64,000 nucleotides of DNA. It comes from a virus. The stretch is from the IMG/VR virus record IMGVR_UViG_3300018430_001101, positions 1 to 64,000 of that record; one strand, given 5' to 3'. Below are positions 26,705-35,400 of the stretch, one piece after another; within the stretch, counting starts at the first letter, position 1; the number at the start of each line of letters is the position of its first letter. Below the pieces are notes generated by a model. The model saw only the letters and a list, made by a program, of their open reading frames with translations. It was not told the DNA's origin and made no database searches. Made by a program: the position numbers and the translations under genes.

Positions 26705-28432
26705 TCACTTCCTGAACGTCCTGCTCAGGTTCCCTTTGCTACAGGACAGCTTCATCGTCCCAGGCAGGCAGTCGATGTAAACATCCCCGTTTTCGTGGTT
26801 CCTTGCGACCACGGCTCCCACGGCTTCGAGGCGTTTCCTCGTAGTCCCGCGCCCGGACCGCTCCGCATGGTGGTAATTGCTGAAGGCCACACGAGGCCTG
26901 ACGGCCCTGCAGATGGTCTCGTTGCACGCATTCGCATCACCATGCCACTGGCACTTCATGATGTCCGCCTTAAGATCCTTCAAGCTCTTCACGAGGAGGT
27001 TATTCCCCTCGTTCTGCAAATCGCCAGCGGAGTGGTACACCCACCCGTTGAGCGTCACGCGCAGCACCACTGACTCGTTGTTGATGAAGTGATGGCTGTC
27101 GTGTTCCTTCAAAGAGGCGGCAGGGCACTGGTACACACACCTGAAATGCATGTTTCCGATGGAGAACTCCGTCCCCGCCTTGACGTAATGCCCGGCCGCC
27201 TTTTTATACTGGCTGCGGAGCGCGTTCCCGTAGGTCTTCTGGTATTTATCCACCTCAGCAGGATCGGGGACATAAATGTCCTTCACCCCGAACTCCCTGA
27301 CCATCGCGCTGGTGCCGCCGTAATGGTCTCCATGGGCGTGGCTGATGATGATGGCATCAAGCTTTCTCACGCCGAGCGCCTTCAGCTTCCTGATGACATT
27401 CGCCGACGACTTGTCCATCGCAGTGTCGATCAGCACCGCATGCTCGACAGTCTTATCATCATCACCGTACTCAATCAGCGCCGTGCAGTCCCCGTACTGG
27501 CTGGATTCACTGCCAGTATCAAAGAAGGCAAGCGCCGCGATCCTGATGCGGTGCGGTACGGCAGGATTCTGGTTATCCACAGTCTCCTGGTTATCCACAG
27601 CCTCCTGCACTGTCGGCGTCCCGGAAGATTCTGCGGGATACTTCGGGCGGATGTACCCGTGGATCGTCCTGCCTGCCCTCACGCGCCGGTGCACCCCGCC
27701 GTCCCGGTACTGGCCGGAAATGTTGTAAGTCCCATCAATGGCAAGCTCCGTGTGGTTGGGCGTCCCGGATCCGTAGAGCACGATGTCGCCGGCCTTGATT
27801 CCAGTGCTCCCGCTGTGCCAGGTGCCGAGCTTCTTCGCGTTGCTTTTCAGGCTTGAGCAGCCCGTGCTCCCGCGCCCGATCAGGTCGATGTAACCTGCCC
27901 GCCAGAAGCAGGAGATGACCGTCTCGGAGCAGAGGGAATCCTTATCCGTCCGCAGGCGGATGCCGCCCACAGCCTTCGCGTATTCGTTGAAATCGGCGAC
28001 GATATCCTTCCTCGCGGTCTTTGAGTCGAGGTATTTCCCCATGCAGCCCAGGACTTTCTGGAATCCCACGGGCTCCGGAGCGGTGCTGGTGGAGCCAGGC
28101 TCCACAGACGAACCGGTTCCTGAGGACGCGTTGGTTCCCGCAGATGAAGCCGGCACTGCGGAAGCCACAGCCGCCTTCATAATCTTCGCATTCGGGAATC
28201 CCGCCGCCCGGACCTGCTCCAGGCGCTTCTTCGCGTTGGCCCCGTTTGCAAACGCACCGCACTGCACCTTCCAGAAGAGGCCGTCCTTCACGCATGCCAC
28301 GGAGATGTCCTCCTTCAGCTTCCCGGACTTCCTGCGGCTCCTGACCGCCGCTTCCACTGCAGCCTTCATCTTCTGCGCGTTCGATTTAGACAGGTACGCG
28401 CCGACCTGCACCTTATACAGGGTGCTCATGCT
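26705..28432 (-). CDS. Multidomain hydrolase: 2x SPOR + papain-like (NlpC/P60- or CHAP-like) Cys/His domain + C-terminal MBL-fold (ComEC/Rec2-like) metallo-hydrolase domain
   Basis: SPOR repeats LYKVQVGAYLSKSNAQK and FWKVQCGAFANGANAKKRLEQVRAAGF; Cys (SLCSETVISCFWRAGY) and His (GTPNHTELAIDG) pair; MBL motif DAIIISHAHGDHYGG plus downstream His/Asp residues. Confidence 0.6.
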   Translation of the reverse strand, partial: SMSTLYKVQVGAYLSKSNAQKMKAAVEAAVRSRRKSGKLKEDISVACVKDGLFWKVQCGAFANGANAKKRLEQVRAAGFPNAKIMKAAVASAVPASSAGTNASSGTGSSVEPGSTSTAPEPVGFQKVLGCMGKYLDSKTARKDIVADFNEYAKAVGGIRLRTDKDSLCSETVISCFWRAGYIDLIGRGSTGCSSLKSNAKKLGTWHSGSTGIKAGDIVLYGSGTPNHTELAIDGTYNISGQYRDGGVHRRVRAGRTIHGYIRPKYPAESSGTPTVQEAVDNQETVDNQNPAVPHRIRIAALAFFDTGSESSQYGDCTALIEYGDDDKTVEHAVLIDTAMDKSSANVIRKLKALGVRKLDAIIISHAHGDHYGGTSAMVREFGVKDIYVPDPAEVDKYQKTYGNALRSQYKKAAGHYVKAGTEFSIGNMHFRCVYQCPAASLKEHDSHHFINNESVVLRVTLNGWVYHSAGDLQNEGNNLLVKSLKDLKADIMKCQWHGDANACNETICRAVRPRVAFSNYHHAERSGRGTTRKRLEAVGAVVARNHENGDVYIDCLPGTMKLSCSKGNLSRTFRK

Positions 28433-29925
28433 TTCACCTCCGTACACACGATCACGGCATTGACCTTCTTCTTCCTCGCCCTGGACGCTTCTGCCTGTGC
28501 CTCCGCTGCGTTCCCGAATGCTCCCAGGCGCACCTTCCACAGGCCGCCGTCCTTCACAGCCGATGCGTTGAATCCCGCCATACGCAGCTGTTCCACGCGC
28601 TTGTCCGCGTTCTTCTGCTTTGCAAAAGCACCGAACTGGACGGCATACACAGTTTTGGTCTGTCCTGCTGCACTGGCTCCATCTTCCGCCGCTCCGGAAT
28701 CGGATCCTGATGCACTGGAGGCACTGGATGCTGCGGAACTGGCAGGCGTGGTATGTGCGTACCTGTCGTAGTACGCCTGCCCGAAGGCAGCCCTGCGCTC
28801 CTTCACTTCCTTCCCCTGGTTGGCGGGCTTCTCATAGCCGGTCAGTACCGCGTCGGACGCTTCCCGCACGCTCGTGGCTTTCTCCAGCTTCTCCAGGACT
28901 CCGCTGTAGTTCCCCCGCAGTTCCAGGCACAGGAAGGAGAGCTGCATGTGCATGTCGTCGATGGGCACGGCCTTTCCGCCCGCGTATCCGCCTTTCGCGT
29001 AGTCCAGCAGGGCCTTCTTCCTCGTGTGGAACGTCCACTGGGCGAGGCCGTATCCCGCCCCGTCGTTCACGAAGTTCATATACGAGCCGTTGTCCACAGC
29101 GGCTGTGTATCCCTTGTCAGTCACCCCCAGGCGCTTTTCGAAGACGTTCTGCAGGTTGTTGGGACGCAGGGCGGACTCCGCATAGAGGTTCCCCATGATG
29201 CCGGCAACGGCATAAGGGCCCATCCCTTTCGCGGACAGGAATTCCCAGATGGCCTTCTCCCGGTCCGCTTCCTCGTTGCCAATCAGCGCGGCTGCGGCAG
29301 TGTTCGGTTCTTCCACAGGCCTGTCCGCATCCTCCCCGGCAGATCCTGCTGCAGCAGAACCATCTGGCTCAGCGGACCCGGCAGAACTCTTCGCAAGCTC
29401 CGCGTTCACTGCGTCCGCAAGCTTCCCCATGCGCCCATAGAGCCAGTCTCCCGGACACGATTTATTTGCAAACCACCGGTGGACTGTGAGCACCATCTCG
29501 CCGTCCTTCGGCTGGTAGGCGAGCGCCGTCTTTTTATCCCCGAACCAGATCAGCCGGTCCTTGCCGTACCTCCGGCAGATGTCCGTGCAGAGCGCCACAA
29601 GGGATGCCCACACCCTGCTGTTCATCGTGTACGGGGCCGACGTCCCGCTTGCGCACTCGATGGTGATGGCCCTGTTGTCGTTGTCCGCGGAAGAACTGCA
29701 CCACGACTGGTTCTTCTCGTCCACATACAGCCCGATCTCGCCGTCCGTCCCGATGCCATAGTTGGACGATGCCTGGTAAGAACTGCGGGCAAATAAACTG
29801 CCGCACTGCTTCGCGGTCAGCTGCCCGACCATGCAGTGCGGCGTGATCCGCGTCACCTTATATGCCCTCGCCCCCGAGTGGTTCGGGGAGGGGACTGATA
29901 CTGTTGCCAGCCTGCTGTTGCCCAT
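28426..29925 (-). CDS. Endolysin-like: N-acetylmuramoyl-L-alanine amidase (Amidase_2/PGRP) + phage-tail-lysozyme-like domain + 2x SPOR
   Basis: SPNHSGARAYKVTRITPHCMVGQ (amidase_2), GIMGNLYAESALRPN...GYGLAQWT (lysozyme-like), C-terminal SPOR repeats; GGAGGA SD. Confidence 0.75.
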   Translation of the reverse strand: MGNSRLATVSVPSPNHSGARAYKVTRITPHCMVGQLTAKQCGSLFARSSYQASSNYGIGTDGEIGLYVDEKNQSWCSSSADNDNRAITIECASGTSAPYTMNSRVWASLVALCTDICRRYGKDRLIWFGDKKTALAYQPKDGEMVLTVHRWFANKSCPGDWLYGRMGKLADAVNAELAKSSAGSAEPDGSAAAGSAGEDADRPVEEPNTAAAALIGNEEADREKAIWEFLSAKGMGPYAVAGIMGNLYAESALRPNNLQNVFEKRLGVTDKGYTAAVDNGSYMNFVNDGAGYGLAQWTFHTRKKALLDYAKGGYAGGKAVPIDDMHMQLSFLCLELRGNYSGVLEKLEKATSVREASDAVLTGYEKPANQGKEVKERRAAFGQAYYDRYAHTTPASSAASSASSASGSDSGAAEDGASAAGQTKTVYAVQFGAFAKQKNADKRVEQLRMAGFNASAVKDGGLWKVRLGAFGNAAEAQAEASRARKKKVNAVIVCTEVKA

Positions 29926-30007
29926 GCTTTATCCTCCATCATTCCTTCACTGTCATGCTATTCATCACTTCCAGACCTTCATCATCAGGTTTTCCCACGC
30001 CTGCATG

Positions 30008-30427
30008 TCACCAATCTTCCGCTTCCGCTCCGGCTGGTTCTGTTTTCACCGCCCGCCCTTTGTTGGCGCAGGCATGGGAGCAGTACTTCCGGGTGTATGA
30101 GTATTCCCGGCTTGCGAGGAATTCCTTCCCGCATGTGGGGCAGACGGCGACCCTCGTCGACTTCCAGTTCTCCGGCTTCGGGTGGCTGTGGTGGTAGTCC
30201 ATGCGGCACTTTGCCGAGCAGAACTTCCTCGGCCTCCCGCGCCCGCTTGTCTCGAAGACCTCCCCGCAGACCGGGCAGACCCGCACGAGCGGTCTTGAAA
30301 GGTACTCGTAGCTGTTCCTGCCCGTTGCCTTCATCATGCCGAGGAGCCTCGCCATGTCCTCATTCCTTACATCGGCCAGTCTGTCCGCTTTTGCGTCTGT
30401 TCCCCCTGCAATTCTCACATCGGCCAT
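30008..30427 (-). CDS. Zinc-finger protein (two C4 clusters), hypothetical
   Basis: CPVCG...C..KC and CPTCG...C..AC. Confidence 0.4.
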   Translation of the reverse strand: MADVRIAGGTDAKADRLADVRNEDMARLLGMMKATGRNSYEYLSRPLVRVCPVCGEVFETSGRGRPRKFCSAKCRMDYHHSHPKPENWKSTRVAVCPTCGKEFLASREYSYTRKYCSHACANKGRAVKTEPAGAEAEDW

Positions 30428-31083
30428 GGCCCGTTCCCTCCCCTTCCCCTCTGCCGCCGTGCGGAAGCTTCCACAGCCGCCCGCAGGCCGTCACGCTTTT
30501 TCATCGTTTTTCTCCCTGAAATCCGCATTATTGACTCCATTTCGCGACAGAAGCCGGTCCCGAAAGTTTGCAAATCCCATAATGCACACGAAAATAAGTT
30601 CAAAAACCGTGCCCCATTGAAAAAGGCCGGGATGCATCGCTGCTCCGGCCCTTTCCTTCGGTCCTGTCCTGTTCCCAGCCATTCCTCCGCGTCCTGGAAA
30701 CCATCCCATCCAGGCACAGAGGGCGCAGTTTTATGCGGTTTCCCGCAGTTTCTGCCTTCCTTCGCAAGGGTGCCTGCGGCACCGCCGTCCACAGCGGCGC
30801 CCTTCTGCTTTCCCCATATCGCGTCAAAACCACAGCTCCCATTTCGCGCCGAAAATCCGCAGGTTCTAATTTGCGGAAATATGCGTGAAGGGGGGCGGCG
30901 GTCTGTACGTCTGTTCGGCCGGAAGATATGACGCTGGCCGGAGGGGGCCTACCACATGCGGGTGCGGGAGGGATGCCCGCATACGCCATGCAGGTTCCGG
31001 TTGTGCACAATTGGATTCTGATCTCCTTCAAACACTGCTTTTCCGCTGTTTTCCAAAAAGGCACTTTTGTCGCGACATGGGCA

Positions 31084-31190
31084 TTTACGGCGCATTATGG
31101 AGGGGAATTACGGCGCGAAATGGGGCTGTTTACGGCGCGAAATGAACCGCCCTGAACCTGCATCTTGTGTCTTTCGGACCTGCATCTTGT
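31084..31190. repeat. Direct repeats TTACGGCGC(G/A) x3 and CCTGCATCTTGT x2 in long noncoding gap upstream of antitoxin
   Basis: Seen at 31084-31138 and 31157-31190; candidate operator or divergent promoter region. Confidence 0.4.
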
Positions 31191-31289
31191 ATGCCACTGT
31201 CTGCCTACAAACTCTTCAACTCTCTCCTTGAATCCCCCTCTCCAATCAGGTATAGTTAAACCATCACTGAAGAAAGGAAGGTGCAGGAC

Positions 31290-31523
31290 ATGAGCACTCT
31301 TGAACAGACCGTTTCAATGCTGGAAGCCCTCCCGGAAGAAGACCTGAAAGCCATCCACGATATCACGTATCGTTTTTACATCCACGCCCGCAATCCTTTT
31401 GCTCCCCTGACAAAAAAGCAGATCCTCCAGGATCTTGCAATCTCCAGGGAACAGGCAGCCAACGGGGAGTTCATGGATTTTGATGATGCGATCAGGGAGA
31501 TAAGGGAAAAATATGGTCTCTAA
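31290..31523 (+). CDS. Putative type II antitoxin (partner of ParE/RelE-like toxin)
   Basis: Small acidic protein (C-terminus MDFDDAIREIREKYGL) overlapping downstream toxin gene by 11 nt; SD GGAAGGTG before ATG 31290. Confidence 0.5.
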   Translation: MSTLEQTVSMLEALPEEDLKAIHDITYRFYIHARNPFAPLTKKQILQDLAISREQAANGEFMDFDDAIREIREKYGL

Positions 31524-31839
31524 AGTTGTTATCACCAGGCGCGCCCAGGAGCAGTTGGATGACTACGTCCTGTACGTCCTGCTCGAAAAAGGGAATGCCC
31601 AGGCTGCCGGAAGCATCCTTGATGACGCCGAGCGTACAAAGGCCTCCCTGCTGAATGTTGCGGAAAGCCTCCGCTATTGCGAGGACGAGGATTTAAAGGC
31701 CCTGGGATACAGGAAAATCCTCTTCATGTCCCACGATTACCTGTTCATCTACCGCGTCATTGGATCCACGGCTTACGTTGACGCCACATACCACCAGCTG
31801 CAGGACTATGAAAACCTGTTCAGGACAGAGGTCTTCTGA
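31513..31839 (+). CDS. ParE/RelE-family type II toxin
   Basis: 108 aa, pattern ...LGYRKILFMSHDYLFIYRV... typical of ParE/RelE fold; translational coupling with upstream antitoxin. Confidence 0.6.
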   Translation: MVSKVVITRRAQEQLDDYVLYVLLEKGNAQAAGSILDDAERTKASLLNVAESLRYCEDEDLKALGYRKILFMSHDYLFIYRVIGSTAYVDATYHQLQDYENLFRTEVF

Positions 31840-31895
31840 TTGTTCAGAAGGCCTTTTCCTGTCCCTTCTCCTCCGGATCTGCGTCCTTGCTTTGA

Positions 31896-32129
31896 TCACC
31901 TGTGCATCTCCCTGTGCCGCCTCCTGTCCCACTCCATCGCCGCGAACACGGCAAGGAGAGTGACAAGGAAGACCACGGCGAACAGCGCCGGCACCCAGAA
32001 GGGCGCGAGGACGATGTTCCATCCCCAGCTTACCACGCCGCAGAGCTTGAGGACGACAAAGGCGACGCCGAGCAGTCCCAGGACGCCCACGCCGCCGCTT
32101 GCGCTTACCGTTGTTCTGTTTGCATTCAT
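31896..32129 (-). CDS. Small two-TM membrane protein with charged C-terminus (holin-like candidate)
   Basis: Two hydrophobic helices then DRRRHREMHR. Confidence 0.35.
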   Translation of the reverse strand: MNANRTTVSASGGVGVLGLLGVAFVVLKLCGVVSWGWNIVLAPFWVPALFAVVFLVTLLAVFAAMEWDRRRHREMHR

Positions 32130-32168
32130 CTGGCTTTGTGTCCTCCTCCCTGCTTCCATATGTCTGCG

Positions 32169-32405
32169 TCATGCCTGTACATCCGAAGCACGCATCCACG
32201 CCCTCCTGTTCCAGGCACGCATTGTCTTCCTCTCATGCTCCTGCGCAGTCTCTCCGAGGCCTGAGCTATACTCGATCCTCTCTTTCGAGAACAATGTAAC
32301 CGCCCCACATTCAGGGCACTGGATCTCTGCCCCGTGATTGCTCATAAGGAGCAGCGGAGTGCCACCGCAGAACGGGCACGGCTTTAAGCTGTCTGCTAAA
32401 TCCAT
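32169..32405 (-). CDS. Lar-like restriction-alleviation zinc-finger protein
   Basis: N-terminal CPFCGG ... CPECG pattern of Lar family. Confidence 0.45.
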   Translation of the reverse strand: MDLADSLKPCPFCGGTPLLLMSNHGAEIQCPECGAVTLFSKERIEYSSGLGETAQEHERKTMRAWNRRAWMRASDVQA

Positions 32406-32417
32406 TGCTTCCCTCCA

Positions 32418-35400
32418 TCATCCGGACTGCCCCTTGATATATCCCGCGATCATTCCGATTCCTTCGTACACCTTTGTGCTTTTGTACACCTGTGTTCCTC
32501 CGCCGGAAACCGTACCGCAATCCGTAGATGAAGCCGGGACTTCCACGACCAGGGCGGGTGCCTGCATGATGCCAAGGCTGTCCGCATACATCATGCCGGG
32601 ATCCGTGTCAGCAAAAATGACGCGGTACCTTATCCCCGCTTTGTCCAGCATCTTCTTTGCGGCCTTGCAGTTCGGGCATGTCCTGGTTGCGACGAGCACG
32701 GCTTTCTTCTGGTTCTCCGGGTAGTCCTTATCAGCCGGGATTCCGGCATCCCCGTTTTCCACAGTGGCGTGTCTGTCCGTAGCGGTGTGTCTGTCCACAG
32801 TGGAATTCCCAGCCACTGTTTCGGTCTCAGTCAGGTCTTCCAGGCTGACTTCTCCCCTGACCCTGACCTTAGCCATTACCTTGCCCTTCACCGTCCCCGT
32901 GACAGGCCCATCCAGCCTGTCTTCCGCATAGGTGACGCGCTCCCTGAACTCGGATGCCTTGCCGTCGTTCCAGTTACGGAGCGGCCGGTAGTATCCGGTG
33001 ATCCGGGAGTAGACTTCCGCTTCCCTGCCGCATTCCGGGCAGGTGAAATGCTTCCCGGGTATGTAGCCGTGGATCTCGCATACCGAATATGTCGGCGTCA
33101 GCGTGTAATACGGCAGGCGGAAGTTCTCGGCGATCTTGCGCACCAGGTCGCGCGCGGCCTTCCAGTCCCTCAGCTCCTGCCCGAGGAATCCGTGGAACAC
33201 GGTGCCGGAGGTGTAGAGGACCTGCATGTCGTCCTCCAGCTCCAGCGCGTCAAAGATGTCGTCGGTAAAACCGACCGGAAGGTGGGTGCTGTTCGTGTAG
33301 AACGGTGCTCCTCCATTCTTCTCCGCCGTGATGATGTCCGGGAATTCCTCCACGTCATGCTTCGCGAAGCGGTACGTCGTGGACTCGGCAGGCGTCGCCT
33401 CAAGGTTGTAAAGGTCCCCGTACTGCTCCTGATAGTCGGACAGGCGGTTCCTCATATGGTTCAGGACGTCCAGAGCGAACTGGTGTCCTTCCTTCCCCGT
33501 GATGTCCCCGTCCAGCCAGGTGGCATTCTCGATTGCCTCGTTCATGCCCACGATGCCGATGGTGGAGAAGTGGTTCTCGAAGGAGCCGAGGTACCGCTTC
33601 GTGTACGGGTAGAGGCCGCCTTCCATGAGGCCGGTGATGGTCCTGCGCTTGATCTTGAGCGACCTCGCCGCAAGGTCCATGTAGTGGTCGAGCATCACAT
33701 AGAAGTCTTCCTCGGAGCCTGACAGGTATGCCAGGCGCGGCAGGTTCAGGGTGACCACGCCGACGGAGCCGGTGCTTTCACCGGAGCCGAAGAAGCCGCC
33801 GCCCTTTTTACGCAGCTCGCGCAAGTCGAGGCGGAGGCGGCAGTTGTGGGTGACCAGCCCGCAGGGAAGGGTGAAGTAAGGCTCGCTGTCATCGAGCACT
33901 TCAAAGCAGTATCCGATATGGGAGCCATTTTCCACTTCGGAAATGCTCTGGATCCGGAACCACATGTAGCCGTCTTCTTTCACATACACGTCGCCATAGG
34001 ACTTCTGCCCGTTGTCAACGCTGTATGGCCTGATGGAGTATACAGGATTGTCAGAAAGTGTAGTGGTGCTGTCCCTGTCATCCATTGAAATCCTGGAAGG
34101 GATGCCCATCGACATCAGCATGGCCGCCATGGATTCCACAGCCTTCTTTGATGCCGAGTAGATCCTGTTCTTCGTCCCGCCGTCGGTCCTCCTGTATCCG
34201 TCCAGGATCCCTTCCCGGAATGCCAGGGATTTCCCGATGCACTTGGGGTTCAGTTCCTTGCTGAGGGCCTTGCCTGAGACGTATTCCTCGATCAGCCCCC
34301 TCAGCATCCGCGAGTACACGGTCACGTTGACGCAGTGGTTTTTCAGGTCATTGATTGCCACTTTGCCGCCATACCTCCCCTCAGCCAGCTTGATGATGTC
34401 TGCCATCAGGCCCGCCTTCGATGTACGGTTCAGGGAGAATGTAATTCCGTTAGCTTCCCGCAGGCTTCCATCACCCATGAACGCGCCAACCATCAGGCCA
34501 TCGTCATAGCTAAGCCCGGAACCGTCAAAGGGAACGACGTTGAAGGGAAGGTAATCGCCCGCCGTAAGCTCGTCTGTCCGCTTAATATCATTTCCCAAAA
34601 CAAGGTTTGCGTGGGAAGCGGACAGGACAACTTCATGCCCGTTCACAGTCCTGATCCTGTAAAACCTCTGGTTATCGTACCGATGGATCCTCGCCCTTTT
34701 CGTTTCCCCGTTCAGGATGACCTCATAAGTCTTTTCCCGCCTTCCGTTCCTCTCGCATGCCTTATACAGCGATTCGATGGGGCTGATGTGGAATTCACGT
34801 GCGTAGTCATCCCTGACAAGGACCTTCTCCTTCCCATGGAGCGGGCACATGGCCCTCACATCGGACGGCTTCATGTCGGAGCTGACGTAGTTGGAGTAAT
34901 ACGGCGTGCCGTACTTCGCCGTCATCTCGAACAGGAGCCTGTTGTTTTCCGTATCGCTCCAGTCGAAGTCGTTCGTGATGGAGTAGGTAGGGATCGGGTA
35001 CTGGAAGCCCCGCCCGTTGGCGTCCCCTTCGAGCATAATCTCGATGAACGCCTTATTGACCATGTCCATTTCCTTCTTGCAGTCGCCGTAGGTGAAATCC
35101 ATCTCCTTTCCGCCCACGATGGCGGGGAGGTCTTTCATGTCAGGCGGGCATGTCCAATCCAGCGTCACATTGGTAAACGGGGCCTGGCACTGTCCGGAGA
35201 TAAAAACCTCCCCGTCCGCGCTTCTGAAAACTGCCGTCCCGTTGTCGTCGTTCGGGCACCATACAATGCCCTTGTAGGGGATTTCGGTTCTCGTTGAGGG
35301 CTGGACGTTTTCTGTCTTGCGGATTTTTACGTAATTCGCTTTCCTGGTATGGTGCTTGAAAGAGGTATACCCGGCACGGAGGGCGATATGCTGGAGCGCG

